Shown here: in pieces, positions 34,680 to 45,065 of the stretch
Layout: the number at the start of each line of letters is the position of its first letter
Position numbering within the stretch: position 1 is the stretch's first letter
DNA from: a virus
Direction: 5' to 3' (one strand)
IMG/VR virus record: IMGVR_UViG_3300020158_000335
Location: 11,155 to 75,154 of that record
DNA: 64,000 bases
Made by a program: the position numbers and the translations under genes
The notes under the pieces: generated by a model
Databases searched by the model: none
The model's input: only the letters and a program-made list of their open reading frames with translations
What the model was told of the DNA's origin: nothing

Positions 34680-37193
34680 TTATTCGTTGGATAAAGCCGG
34701 ATCGTCTCTACAAAATGGCCGATACACAAGTTTTTTCGTGTCGTTCGGGTCAACTTCGACTGGGATGTTCAGGTCATCTTCGTCTGGAGTGGTTAGCACA
34801 TGGCTCCGATCATACACAGCCTCTCTATATTGATTTTGGTTGCATTTTGGTTCTTGTAGCCCGACGGGATACCAATAATATTTTTCAATGTCGTATGGGT
34901 CTTCAGGGTCGTAAGTGTAAACATATACAATTCCATAAACACAAATCATATCGCCAATTTCCGGGTTGTCCGGCTTTATGGCTTTATAAGGCGATTCACC
35001 TGGCCTGTTTACCATACGGAAGTCTGCTGCCTTTTTTAGCATAAATTTAGATATCAGATGATCATTATCTGGGTAATAGTCTTTTATATCGGTGTCATCA
35101 GAAAATCCACTTGAATAAGTGCTGCTATCAAACCCAGGCGGGAAAGCCATACCTGTGAGACTGGAAACCCCCTTATCTACCTGGTTGTACATAGATATTG
35201 CGGTTTTGCAAAAACTCATTTCTTGCACCATTGTGGCGCTCATTGCTGTGAGTTTGTCAATCTGGCTTTGAATACCATAGGACCCGAAACTACCAGCGAC
35301 CTTGTTCTTTAGGAAATATTCAATCGTCTTCGCGTATTTGTTTCCAGAAATCAACGCACAGCCCGCACTTGACAATGTTGAGGCAATTGCTTCCAATTGA
35401 GATTTCATTTGATCAACATTTCTTTTTGCCTGACTGATAGAGCTTAACTTCGACGCGATATCGTTTACCATTCCCTCCGCCTTTGATACCGGTTTGGCCT
35501 GTATTACAGAAACGGTTTTAATGTCACTGCCAGCCTCCACCTTAACCTGTGCCGTTCTCTCCGCACCGGTGTTCGCCGTGGCATAAACTCGGGTGCATCC
35601 ATCATTGGTGCCGCTGGCTTCTTCTTCGAAAATGAATGACAACCAAGTGCATGGTAGCACAATGGTAGCAGTCCATGGCATATCCCCATCACCGATCTTG
35701 GAAATGTTAAACTGGGCTGTACCACCATCTCCTGATACAGATATGCTGGATGGCGACACAGATAATTTGGGGGGAAGGGGCGACGAAGCACTCGCCTGTA
35801 TCACAGACACAGTTTTAATATCGCCGCCAGCATCTACCTTAACCTGTGCCGTCCTCTCTGCGCCTGTATTCGATGTAAAGCTACAAGTGACGGTTGCTGC
35901 ATCAGTTCCACTGTCCCGTGAGTTGATTGAAAGCCAACTGCTGGCAGGGGTCACTGCGACAGTCCATGCCATATTGCCTGTTCCAGTATTGGTAATATCG
36001 AAGGTGGTCGTGCCTGCAATCTTTGATACAGCCAGAATTGTTGGCGTTACATCCAATTTGGGTAATGACCCATCTGCTTGTACCACATCAACCCAGTCAC
36101 CATTCCAGGTTGTGGGGACGGACGCAGTAACTTGAACCATCGCCCTTCGTATGCCACCGTCATTGGCAGTAAAACTGCAAACGATGTCACCGGCATCCGT
36201 GCCATTTGCACCCGATATAATTGAAAGCCAATCTGGGCTACCCAAAGTCACCAGTACGCGAGCTTCCCAAGGCATGGTCCCGGCACCGATGTTTGAGACT
36301 TTGATTGTAGCTGTCCCGGCACCTTTAGTGACAGATGTATCATGTGGTTCTATAATTAATTCCGGCTGTGTCGGTGTTTGTGATTCCTGTTCCACGAGTA
36401 ATTCCACCGGGCTGCCAGCAGCGCCGATAGCAGTCACGAAAATCTTATTGACTGTTGGCGATAAGCTTGTGATCGGAGTTTTTGTGGCTCTGCAAGTGAT
36501 AGTCCCGGTGTTGCTTCCACTGGTGCCAGACGTGATTGAAAACCAACTGACGCAAACGGCACGGGCTGTCCAAGGCATGACACCAGCCCCTGTGTTGGAA
36601 ACATCGAATGTTACTATGCCACCTTCTTTTGGGATAGTCCGGCTGGTCGGTGTTACGGACAAACTGGGCGGTCCATCACGGTATTCCAGCACACTCTCAA
36701 CATCTATATCCCAATTTATTGTATCATACCACTTATTGTAAGTCGCTGCGTCCATCCCAATCTGCAATTTATTATAGTAAACAGAAGAATACTTTCCGCC
36801 TGTTACATATACATAAAGCCATCCAGCCTGGTACACAGAGACGTAAGTACCTCCTTGCAATACCTGATTTATAATCGTTAATTTTCCTTCATTATTTTCG
36901 GATATGAGTTGGTCTGAAGCCAGAAGTTGGTCTAACGTCCTGGACTGCGGAGCAAAATAATCCTGCGGAATACTGAATGTGGTCGGGAGAATTCTCTGCC
37001 TGGCGATTGCCGTCTGACCGCCATACTCATAAATTGCCAGATATATGTAATTGGTCCCGGGCGGAATGAAAACTCGAAATTTTGATTGATATCCGGCAAC
37101 TGTGACTTCCGGCATCTGGCAATACCCTGTTGTATCACCCACCGCTCTGCCATAATCACCATTAAGCGATAAATATAGTGTTGGGTTTCCCAT
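34680..37193 (-). CDS. Protein with four tandem BACON/Ig-like domains
   Basis: Four ~100-aa units LxVxP..N.G.G.M.W..WL.I..N.G..R.A.V.V..V.Q. Confidence 0.8.
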   Translation of the reverse strand: MGNPTLYLSLNGDYGRAVGDTTGYCQMPEVTVAGYQSKFRVFIPPGTNYIYLAIYEYGGQTAIARQRILPTTFSIPQDYFAPQSRTLDQLLASDQLISENNEGKLTIINQVLQGGTYVSVYQAGWLYVYVTGGKYSSVYYNKLQIGMDAATYNKWYDTINWDIDVESVLEYRDGPPSLSVTPTSRTIPKEGGIVTFDVSNTGAGVMPWTARAVCVSWFSITSGTSGSNTGTITCRATKTPITSLSPTVNKIFVTAIGAAGSPVELLVEQESQTPTQPELIIEPHDTSVTKGAGTATIKVSNIGAGTMPWEARVLVTLGSPDWLSIISGANGTDAGDIVCSFTANDGGIRRAMVQVTASVPTTWNGDWVDVVQADGSLPKLDVTPTILAVSKIAGTTTFDITNTGTGNMAWTVAVTPASSWLSINSRDSGTDAATVTCSFTSNTGAERTAQVKVDAGGDIKTVSVIQASASSPLPPKLSVSPSSISVSGDGGTAQFNISKIGDGDMPWTATIVLPCTWLSFIFEEEASGTNDGCTRVYATANTGAERTAQVKVEAGSDIKTVSVIQAKPVSKAEGMVNDIASKLSSISQAKRNVDQMKSQLEAIASTLSSAGCALISGNKYAKTIEYFLKNKVAGSFGSYGIQSQIDKLTAMSATMVQEMSFCKTAISMYNQVDKGVSSLTGMAFPPGFDSSTYSSGFSDDTDIKDYYPDNDHLISKFMLKKAADFRMVNRPGESPYKAIKPDNPEIGDMICVYGIVYVYTYDPEDPYDIEKYYWYPVGLQEPKCNQNQYREAVYDRSHVLTTPDEDDLNIPVEVDPNDTKKLVYRPFCRDDPALSNE

Positions 37194-37715
37194 TTATTCT
37201 TCTTCCTTCACGTCATAAATCAGTTTGATTCCAAGTTCATCGTACAATGTCAGCATCGCCATTTCAACATTCTGGCGTAATTCCTGTGTCTGATCCCTGA
37301 AACCATCGTCAACAAGGTGATCGTGATCGTTGATCTTTCTGAAATGGATTTCTTTATACGCCGTTTTGACGTACTCAATAGACATCTCACGCATAGAATA
37401 GGCGAGGCCATACATTCCGGCAGCGGCAGTGTAAGCGATTGTGTCGATTATAGTCCTGTCACTTACTACCCATCCGTACCTGCGGCTGGCGTTTAATTCA
37501 GCGACCATTTGTGAGTTGAAAATCCATAACTGAGCCTCAAAACTCGGTATAGTATTCTCCTTGCTCACAATCGGGTATGGACACAGCCGGGCTGTCTCAA
37601 GGATGATGCCTACCTCGTTTTTCTGACTGAGCTTTAATTGATGTGCCATGAGATAGACAGCAGTTGTTTTTCCAACCCCATGACTGCCAGAGAATGCGAT
37701 GATATTTGGTTCCAT
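37194..37715 (-). CDS. P-loop kinase/ATPase (NadR-like AAA_28)
   Basis: SGSHGVGKTT, ETAR, SDRTIID, DDGFR. Confidence 0.75.
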   Translation of the reverse strand: MEPNIIAFSGSHGVGKTTAVYLMAHQLKLSQKNEVGIILETARLCPYPIVSKENTIPSFEAQLWIFNSQMVAELNASRRYGWVVSDRTIIDTIAYTAAAGMYGLAYSMREMSIEYVKTAYKEIHFRKINDHDHLVDDGFRDQTQELRQNVEMAMLTLYDELGIKLIYDVKEEE

Positions 37716-37717
37716 TA

Positions 37718-37930
37718 TTATTGAATAACCTCCGAATCGGTTTCTCCCGAAAATGTTCCAGGCGTTTGGTTCTCTGTAATCATCAGAATATCATCAATTT
37801 TAATCTGAAATGTACACCAGTCCTGGGTATCATACCATTGCCATATTATGGTCTCCCGTCTCAGTCTGCCCACAAACTGAAAGGTGCCATGTTTGGTATA
37901 AATCTTGAAATTTTTCATGTTTTCTGTCAT
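37718..37930 (-). CDS. Hypothetical protein
   Basis: Small co-oriented ORF; start uncertain. Confidence 0.4.
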   Translation of the reverse strand: MTENMKNFKIYTKHGTFQFVGRLRRETIIWQWYDTQDWCTFQIKIDDILMITENQTPGTFSGETDSEVIQ

Positions 37931-37931
37931 T

Positions 37932-38225
37932 TTACCCCGCAGTAACGTCTGGACTTCCATTTTTGAGGACGCCCATGTAATCGCCGGTGAAGATATCACC
38001 AGCCCTTGCAACTGATTTGCCGTTCACTATCATTGTGGCGCTTGACTTTATTTTCCCGGTATGCCCGCAGCCGTCCGCTTTAACAATATCGGTATCTCTT
38101 GCAGCGCCTTTGCCGTTGATAATGACATTCTCTGATGCCGAGTCGATTTTTCCGGCGACCTGTTTTCTGCAAACGGTGCATATCCCATCCGTAACATCGC
38201 CTTTTCTGCATATTGCAGCACTCAT
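37932..38225 (-). CDS. PAAR-like spike tip protein
   Basis: AICRKGD..VIINGKGAAR..VNGKSVARAGD..GSPDV. Confidence 0.85.
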   Translation of the reverse strand: MSAAICRKGDVTDGICTVCRKQVAGKIDSASENVIINGKGAARDTDIVKADGCGHTGKIKSSATMIVNGKSVARAGDIFTGDYMGVLKNGSPDVTAG

Positions 38226-39019
38226 TATGAAAAATCCAAATCTGATGTACCGTCCCAAGTCATTATTTTATCAGCGATTGCATTGCCTTGGGCAACTGTG
38301 CCAGCGATAGCCGTCTGCACCTCGGATGATTGGGCTGTCCATAGTGGCATGACATCCTGGTCAATGGTCATGTTCATGCCGGTCATCATCCCCTCAATCT
38401 TGTCCGAATAACCGCCAATAGCACCGCAGCCCAATTCCAGGCAATCCGCAAGATCGTTCATCAGATCAATTCCATCCAGTATCCCCGATGATTTCAACAT
38501 CTTCTTATATCCCATTTCCGCACCGGCAATCAGACCGCCTATGCCCATTTTGGCCATACCCTGATCCAAAAAAGCCATAGCATTTGCCCGTACCTGGCCG
38601 ATAACCAGGGCTTTCAGTCTGCCAGTTATTTTGGATACATCTGTCACCCCGGACATTGACGCCAAGTCGATCCCGATTGCCGCCTCTATCAATGGGTTGC
38701 TTAGGATTGACTTTATACAGGTGGGCAGAGTAAGGCCACCAGACCCAATTGAGTCAAGGCTGTCTTGGATATTTTCCATCCAGCCTTCCAAATCGCCGAA
38801 TGTATCGGCTATCCCTGAAAGCCCCAAGCTGGCGATCATCTCGGTCTTAAGGTCATCAAACACAGTTTCCGCAATCCCGAATGCGTCGGCTTTGGCATTT
38901 TTAATCATCCCGTTTAAGGTTGCCATCATCTTCTGCGGGGCTTTTGCAAGGGCGGTCACTTCACCTGCTATCTTGTCAAACTCCCCGACAAGCATCTGGC
39001 AATTGGTTGATATTGACAT
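38225..39019 (-). CDS. Hypothetical baseplate-region protein
   Basis: 264-aa helical ORF between spike and PAAR genes. Confidence 0.6.
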   Translation of the reverse strand: MSISTNCQMLVGEFDKIAGEVTALAKAPQKMMATLNGMIKNAKADAFGIAETVFDDLKTEMIASLGLSGIADTFGDLEGWMENIQDSLDSIGSGGLTLPTCIKSILSNPLIEAAIGIDLASMSGVTDVSKITGRLKALVIGQVRANAMAFLDQGMAKMGIGGLIAGAEMGYKKMLKSSGILDGIDLMNDLADCLELGCGAIGGYSDKIEGMMTGMNMTIDQDVMPLWTAQSSEVQTAIAGTVAQGNAIADKIMTWDGTSDLDFS

Positions 39020-39020
39020 A

Positions 39021-39821
39021 TCAATTAATCTCCACTTTGGGCGCCTTAATAACTACCGTTGAATCTGATGTTATGAAGACTTTCTTCACGCCAGAAATGC
39101 TATGCTGCCCTTTGGTATTTTCCGCCACATTGCCCATAACGTTCTGGAGTTTATCACCCAAAGCCGTGATAGACATGTCACCGTGGATAGCGTTTTCCTG
39201 ATTCATTTTTGTGGATAAAAACAGCGAATTCTCGGCATGGATAATGATGTCACCTGTTTTGGTTATTTCGATATTGGACCCGGATACACCTTTGTTATCG
39301 GCATCGTTTGTGTTGGTGATCCGGACGGTGCCATCAGATAATATCTCGACAACAACGCCGTTTTGCTTGAACACACAAGGCGGTTTTTTTAGATCGCCCC
39401 TGCCCCCTGACAGGCTTTCGTCTGGTGTGAGTGGATCGTTAAGTCCTGTCCTATATGGAGTGCTTCTGCCATCTGAGGCGGGCCATGATTCATTCGGCAT
39501 TAATGGCTTACTTTCCGGGCAGTAATGAACACTCCCGGTAATTCTCGGACGCCGGGTGTCAGAATTGAACGGGAAGTCAACCCAAACGATATCACCCGAT
39601 TTGACCGGGATAAAAAACCCGTCCGAAACCCTCGACCCAGCAGGCAGCCGGTACGTGGCCCACGGCAAGTCTGCCGCTGGGACATCGCCGGTGAAAAGTT
39701 CCTGCACCCGCACCTGTACCCGCATTAATTCATCATGTATGCCGGTTTCCACTGTTCCCATATACTCCCCCGAATATTGGCGCTTCGGGGTTTGTGGCAT
39801 TGGAATATATTCGTCACTCAT
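39021..39821 (-). CDS. Baseplate spike (gp5/gpV OB fold)
   Basis: RVQVRV..LPWA..PVKSGDIVWVDF..RPRITG. Confidence 0.85.
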   Translation of the reverse strand: MSDEYIPMPQTPKRQYSGEYMGTVETGIHDELMRVQVRVQELFTGDVPAADLPWATYRLPAGSRVSDGFFIPVKSGDIVWVDFPFNSDTRRPRITGSVHYCPESKPLMPNESWPASDGRSTPYRTGLNDPLTPDESLSGGRGDLKKPPCVFKQNGVVVEILSDGTVRITNTNDADNKGVSGSNIEITKTGDIIIHAENSLFLSTKMNQENAIHGDMSITALGDKLQNVMGNVAENTKGQHSISGVKKVFITSDSTVVIKAPKVEIN

Positions 39822-40885
39822 TATTTATCTCCCATAATCTGCACCAATTTTACTCGGCAAAAATAATTTGATGCACCAGCGCTATAATGTGCAACTGATC
39901 CGACAATAGCCTGTGTCGGGAGGCTTTCGTCTAAAAAAGAATCTGAATAACTATCATCCAGACTCCATTGAAATTTTAATGATATTCCGGGCATCAAATG
40001 CCCAGCTCCGCCTGTCATAATATCCAGTACAGGCACAGCCATCAACGATAAATTATCGAGTATCTCAATCTTATCGTAGGCTGTAACCTCACTCGCTGCT
40101 TTATCGTTTTTGGTGGAATAGATGAAACCTTTAAGGATGTTGAATCCTGAATATTTTCTCACTATGCGATCCGCCACCAGGTTCTCTCGGTTGATATGCG
40201 TATAATCTATGATCTGATATGCCGCTAATGGATTTTTAAAACGAAAAACTCTATTATCCGGAATGCGCTTATTTATTTCATCCAAAGATAGAAAATTCAG
40301 TACGCCTCGTGAGAAGAAAACAGCAGCCCCATGCTCGATAGCTATTTGCCGTAGCAGCATGGTCGGACGTTCGCCAGGCAGCAGATGGTATGAATTCTGG
40401 AGAACGATACGGTTGTCAATTTTGAGTTTAACGGATGGATCGGTTGTCGGTGAGTTGACATGTGTCAGCGCCAAGACGATTGGTTTCAAGCTGCCGATTG
40501 ACAATGAAAAAATTCGAGCAGTTACAGCCGGTTTTTTCATGTCTGCTACCGCTTTCAGCAGACAATTCAGCGTAACCACCTCGCCATTGACCGGCATACT
40601 CATAATTTCGAAATCGGCGGTGTAACTCATTTCTTTTTTCTGGAGTAAATCAGCAAGTACGCATTGCAGAACGTTTCCGACCTTAATTTTCATGACGTTG
40701 CGCAGGATCGACAGCGAATCATCAAATTTCAGAATCAGTCTGGGGCCGGATAGGTCCATCGTTTCGATGAAACATGTTTCACGGCAAAATGATATATCAA
40801 GTTCCTGTGCCGCAGTTCCAGAATCAGCAGGAGGAACAGTCGTGATTTTTTGCAGCAGAGGCGCTCTGGTATCTTTATCAGCCAC
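39821..40885 (-). CDS. Baseplate hub protein
   Basis: IETMDLSGPRL..YHLLPGERP..LRQIA.EHG; upstream of the spike gene. Confidence 0.65.
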   Translation of the reverse strand: MADKDTRAPLLQKITTVPPADSGTAAQELDISFCRETCFIETMDLSGPRLILKFDDSLSILRNVMKIKVGNVLQCVLADLLQKKEMSYTADFEIMSMPVNGEVVTLNCLLKAVADMKKPAVTARIFSLSIGSLKPIVLALTHVNSPTTDPSVKLKIDNRIVLQNSYHLLPGERPTMLLRQIAIEHGAAVFFSRGVLNFLSLDEINKRIPDNRVFRFKNPLAAYQIIDYTHINRENLVADRIVRKYSGFNILKGFIYSTKNDKAASEVTAYDKIEILDNLSLMAVPVLDIMTGGAGHLMPGISLKFQWSLDDSYSDSFLDESLPTQAIVGSVAHYSAGASNYFCRVKLVQIMGDK

Positions 40886-41600
40886 TACATCTCTCCCCTA
40901 TGGATTTGTCACAGTTGGCAAAGCCGCCCCATGATCCCTCAAGGGTGATCTGGTTTGGATACAATGCAGGCGATAATTCAGCACCGAACAAAACAGATGT
41001 CTCAATTGTCAACAGGGTGTCCACTGCGAAAAGACGGCCTTCTGTTTTGGGGATTGAAATATCTGAAAACATTATCGTATAAGGGTCTCGAACGGCGGCT
41101 CCGACATCGAATGCCTCGCCTGCAAGCTCATATTGAATCGTGAACCGTGTTTTCTTGATTACATACTGATACCAGGCGACCTGCATTTTGTCTAATGACA
41201 GCTTATCCCAGGCGGCGAAAACAATATGGTAATCAAGCACAAGTGGAGACATTGTGATGTCAAAAAGCTTTGTTCCATTCGTGACGACCTTTTTGGGGAA
41301 ATTGCGGGTGTCGCCGTTGGTCATGCCTGGTTTCCGGTAATAATAAGCGACTGGAAGCTGTGGGAGGCGCAATTTTACGCCGTCAACCACCGTTTCAGTT
41401 TTCCCGGAACTGGATAGGTTCTTGAGGAATTCGGCGGGTGTGTCGGTTTCTTCCCGGAATATTTTCTTGTTTACTGCACGGGTTAAAAACTCCCGCCATT
41501 GTTTGGGGCCTGTGTTCGGGTTAAGACCTTCGAACGCCCCCATGATATATGCGCCCAGGGAGAAATCCACGGCTTGTAATTCTGAGAATTCGTTATCCAT
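40878..41600 (-). CDS. Tail completion/stabilisation protein (P1 gp24-like position)
   Basis: LPQLPVAYYYR; synteny. Confidence 0.5.
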   Translation of the reverse strand: MDNEFSELQAVDFSLGAYIMGAFEGLNPNTGPKQWREFLTRAVNKKIFREETDTPAEFLKNLSSSGKTETVVDGVKLRLPQLPVAYYYRKPGMTNGDTRNFPKKVVTNGTKLFDITMSPLVLDYHIVFAAWDKLSLDKMQVAWYQYVIKKTRFTIQYELAGEAFDVGAAVRDPYTIMFSDISIPKTEGRLFAVDTLLTIETSVLFGAELSPALYPNQITLEGSWGGFANCDKSIGERCSG

Positions 41601-42489
41601 TTGACACCCCTATTTGCAATTGAAGCGGTTTTTTACTCTGCCAGATTCGGAGCTGTGTGTGATAGGCGTCAAACAGCGAATTGATTTCTTTTTCACTCAG
41701 GCCCAGCTTGCCGCTGCTTTTATGTAAATTGCATAATCTACAGATCGCCCACGTTTGATTTAATGCCCTTTCGTGCCGGTTAATCGCATGATCGACGCTG
41801 AATGTGTCATTGGGGTTCCTGGACGCATCAATTATTCGAGTTTTGCATATAGGGCATTGGCCGTCAAAATGATCTGATACAAACATCAGGTGCGTTCTTC
41901 TATCAGATTTTGATACGTTCCGTCTGGTCAACGGGATAACGTTTTTGAAATTGGATATTTCGACCTTAATATCCGCAACATCGTTTTTGATAACAGAGAC
42001 ATCGTCTTCAACCTTTTCTACCCTGTTATCTATTACACAGACCTTTCCGTTCATGGATTCCAAAAGTATCTGTTGTCTTTTTTGTAAATCCAGATAGTCC
42101 GAATGTATCCGCTCTTGAAGGAGGACATACCTGTCAGTTATGCTTAATTGCGTTTCTGTAAGAGATACTGCCAGGTTGAAAGCTTCTATATACGCCTCTT
42201 TGAATTGCGCGGCCTTCGTCCCGGTGAACCCCATCACCAGGAACGAGAAACCATCACGGGAAAGGTCGTACATCTTTTGTTCTTTGTTCTGTGAAGTGAT
42301 ATAAGAGGATACAGTAAAATTCCTGTATCTAAACTCTTGAGAACATTCAAGCTTTTCTATCTTATCCAGAACGTCAAAATGGTTCTTCCCAAACACCTCA
42401 GCAATATTCAAGCTGGTAGTCCACTGTTTCCCGTCGCGCTCGAATATCTTCACCCTGTCGATAATCGTCAATTCTTTTATTTTACTCAT
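41593..42489 (-). CDS. Rha-family protein fused to an HNH-like domain
   Basis: TTSLNIAEVFGKNH..LSRDGFSFLVMGFTGTKAAQFKEAYI; CPIC..VDH..CRLCN. Confidence 0.85.
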   Translation of the reverse strand: MSKIKELTIIDRVKIFERDGKQWTTSLNIAEVFGKNHFDVLDKIEKLECSQEFRYRNFTVSSYITSQNKEQKMYDLSRDGFSFLVMGFTGTKAAQFKEAYIEAFNLAVSLTETQLSITDRYVLLQERIHSDYLDLQKRQQILLESMNGKVCVIDNRVEKVEDDVSVIKNDVADIKVEISNFKNVIPLTRRNVSKSDRRTHLMFVSDHFDGQCPICKTRIIDASRNPNDTFSVDHAINRHERALNQTWAICRLCNLHKSSGKLGLSEKEINSLFDAYHTQLRIWQSKKPLQLQIGVSNG

Positions 42490-42970
42490 GCGTTAATGTC
42501 CCCTCATCATCAAAAAACGGAATCAGGTAATGTCTCATCGCAATTGCCGGGGCCTGCCCGACCGCCTCCGACTTCACGATGTAAAGTGAAATCGTCTGTA
42601 TTTCAGTCTCGCTGATATATTCGTCATATTGGATGACGGATCCCCTGGGGATTTCCCGCTCCTTTATCAGCATGACAATCGGCACATCGTAATCCCCCTG
42701 CTGCGCCCCGCTGTCCATCGCCTGAATACCCTGGAAGTCAAACGGCAGGAATATTCCACGGGTATCAATCGGATCATCATATTCGATTGCCCGTTCATCA
42801 GCTTCAAGGGAACCCACCACGTCCTCAGTCTCGACAACGGTTTCAGGATTGCCGATTAATGCTTTAAACAACAGCATATCAATAGCATCCGGGTACTGAT
42901 CAAACATCACATCCAGATCATCGGATATCAGGGTATTTGTTGCGCGGTAATCTCGTATTGATGCAGACAT
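42482..42970 (-). CDS. Head-tail joining protein (putative)
   Basis: Acidic 162-aa ORF in the tail operon. Confidence 0.5.
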   Translation of the reverse strand: MSASIRDYRATNTLISDDLDVMFDQYPDAIDMLLFKALIGNPETVVETEDVVGSLEADERAIEYDDPIDTRGIFLPFDFQGIQAMDSGAQQGDYDVPIVMLIKEREIPRGSVIQYDEYISETEIQTISLYIVKSEAVGQAPAIAMRHYLIPFFDDEGTLTHE

Positions 42971-44289
42971 CAGATATTCACCTGTTTGGCCATTTCAGTT
43001 GCTTCCTTAATCGGGATATTCCTGGAAGCTGCAAATTTTGCTACGGCTGCGGTTTTGCTCATGTGGTCCCGATAGACCGACAGCCCCACCTCCGCTGACA
43101 TCTGAGCGACAAGAACATCCCGCCTCAATCTTGCGTTTTCGGTTTCAGCCGCGACAAGGTTCCTTTCGGATTCCTGTCTTGATTTTGTTCTTTCAGACTC
43201 GGCGGCAACCCGTTCACGCTCGAGTTTGTCTTTTTCGGCCTTCAGTTTCTTGGCCTGTGACCGATAAGTGTTTTTCTCGACTTTTAAAGCTTTAACGGTC
43301 TCTTGTGTGGTTGGATTATCCATTTTTGCCTTAAACCCCTTCGTTGCGCTGATATAGCGTTTAAATGCCGTCTGTAATTCCGCTACAGTTGCATCCGTGC
43401 CGGCTTTCTCACTGTCCGCCATATCATCAGCGTTAAGGAATGTTTCATCTGGCCCTGTCTGTCCGGTAGCTTTTCTGACCATCCGGGTGATGAACCCTTT
43501 TTTCTTGGCTTGGTTTTCCATTTCCTTTGATAGGCGCATCTGGATAAGCGGACTTAACAGCACGGCGAGGGTCTTAATGACGTGTTTGCAGCAACAACCT
43601 GTCAAATGCGGGTTTCTGATTTTCGGGAAAACGCCTTCAAGCGGGTCAAGTGCAAAATGGCCAGTTGTTGCCAGATACCGATACCAATACCGATGCCGCC
43701 CGCAGTCGCACGTAAAGGACACCCGTCCCGTGGCTGCGCCCTTGGCGGCTTGAAGATATGTTTTATCAGCCTCAAGCCCGTCAAGCTGGCTATCCCATTC
43801 TTCCAGCCGGACTTTAACCTGGTGATGCGTGTAATTGCTTTGTGGACTTGCAGAGACTTGAAAATGAAGCAGATTGCCGTGGATTTTATACAGCGCTGAT
43901 GTTTTTATCTCGCCGTTTTTAACGCGGTTTATATCTTTTTCATCGGAGGCGGCGATAAGCTGGCCCACCTTCGCCCCGTTTGTTGCAGTATTGAATTTCT
44001 TCTTGATCCGCTGCCCGGCAAGGGCCATGCCCTGCAATTCAGTCAGTGAATAAGCGCGTTTTTCGCCTTTTGTGCCGTAGTCCAGAATCAGGCGTTTTGC
44101 GTTCTGCTCTGAAAACGGCGTGTCATTGGCAAGTTTTTTCCGGCGCCCCATCAAATCAGGAGTCAGGAACGCATTCCGTTGATCGTCTGACCTATTGGCA
44201 ATTTGCCTTTGAGTGATCTTGCCGAAAAGCGACTCAAATTTCTTATATGCGTTTGACTTGCTGCTGAATAAATTACCGAAAAAACCCAT
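42970..44289 (-). CDS. P1 gp25-like tail protein with SWIM-type Zn finger
   Basis: FTCDCGRHRYWYRYLAT..PKIRNP..CCCKHV. Confidence 0.75.
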   Translation of the reverse strand: MGFFGNLFSSKSNAYKKFESLFGKITQRQIANRSDDQRNAFLTPDLMGRRKKLANDTPFSEQNAKRLILDYGTKGEKRAYSLTELQGMALAGQRIKKKFNTATNGAKVGQLIAASDEKDINRVKNGEIKTSALYKIHGNLLHFQVSASPQSNYTHHQVKVRLEEWDSQLDGLEADKTYLQAAKGAATGRVSFTCDCGRHRYWYRYLATTGHFALDPLEGVFPKIRNPHLTGCCCKHVIKTLAVLLSPLIQMRLSKEMENQAKKKGFITRMVRKATGQTGPDETFLNADDMADSEKAGTDATVAELQTAFKRYISATKGFKAKMDNPTTQETVKALKVEKNTYRSQAKKLKAEKDKLERERVAAESERTKSRQESERNLVAAETENARLRRDVLVAQMSAEVGLSVYRDHMSKTAAVAKFAASRNIPIKEATEMAKQVNI

Positions 44290-44359
44290 TTATGACGTGC
44301 CCCTTATTGTTTTTCCGCAGGATATGGCAGGTACGGCAGGAAAGGCAACATCATGAAAC

Positions 44360-44377
44360 GCATATAGGGTTATATGG
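44360..44377 (-). promoter_or_regulatory. Candidate late-promoter motif copy 4
   Basis: gcatatagggttatatgg upstream of the 44289 start. Confidence 0.45.
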
Positions 44378-44427
44378 TAGAATGTTTTGGAAAGGGCACA
44401 AAAAAGGCCCTGGACAAAAAGTTATCA

Positions 44428-44455
44428 TTGACATGATACCATTTTAAAGTATCAT
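44428..44455 (+). promoter_or_regulatory. TA promoter with palindromic operator
   Basis: TTGACA-16-TATCAT overlapped by atgatac-N9-gtatcat. Confidence 0.7.
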
Positions 44456-44461
44456 AAGGCC

Positions 44462-44740
44462 ATGAAATGGACGGTAAAGGCGACAAAGAGAGCCGAGAAG
44501 CAGATTGCCCGATTGCCGGAGCCAGTCATGCGGAACCTTGCGGCGTTGATACGGGACATTGAACGTAATGGCCCTGTTCGTGGTAACTGGCCGAACTACA
44601 GCTCTGTGGGTCGCTACAGGTATCATTGCCACATCAAGAAGGGGCACCCAACTTATGTCGCAGTTTGGGAAGTCGTTGACAAAAAAATTAAATTGGTAGA
44701 GGTATTTTATGCAGGTACTCACGAGAAAGCGCCATACTGA
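44462..44740 (+). CDS. RelE/HigB-like toxin
   Basis: KRAEKQIARLP..YHCHIKKG..YAGTHEKAPY; upstream of an HTH gene. Confidence 0.8.
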   Translation: MKWTVKATKRAEKQIARLPEPVMRNLAALIRDIERNGPVRGNWPNYSSVGRYRYHCHIKKGHPTYVAVWEVVDKKIKLVEVFYAGTHEKAPY

Positions 44741-45065
44741 GGATGTTGCTGTGGAGCTGCGGTTTTTAGGACCTATAGGCAAGCGAAATGAAGCGGTTGA
44801 TACGCTGAAAGCATTGGGCTTTGTTGATACCACAGAGACCATCCCTTGGAGAGATTGCTTCCCCTATACAGATGAGCAGTTACCCGGAATATGCCTGATT
44901 GGAGCCAGATCCAAAGAAGGCGTTACACAGCGTGAATTTTCGAAAATGACTGGCATCCCGCAACGGCATATTTCGGAAATGGAAAACAACAAGCGTTCTA
45001 TTGGCAAAGAAATGGCAAAGAAAATCGGGAAAGCTTTGAATATTTCATATAAGGTGTTTTTATGA
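44709..45065 (+). CDS. HigA-like XRE antitoxin
   Basis: TQREFSKMTGIPQRHISEMENNKRSIG HTH. Confidence 0.85.
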   Translation: MQVLTRKRHTEDVAVELRFLGPIGKRNEAVDTLKALGFVDTTETIPWRDCFPYTDEQLPGICLIGARSKEGVTQREFSKMTGIPQRHISEMENNKRSIGKEMAKKIGKALNISYKVFL

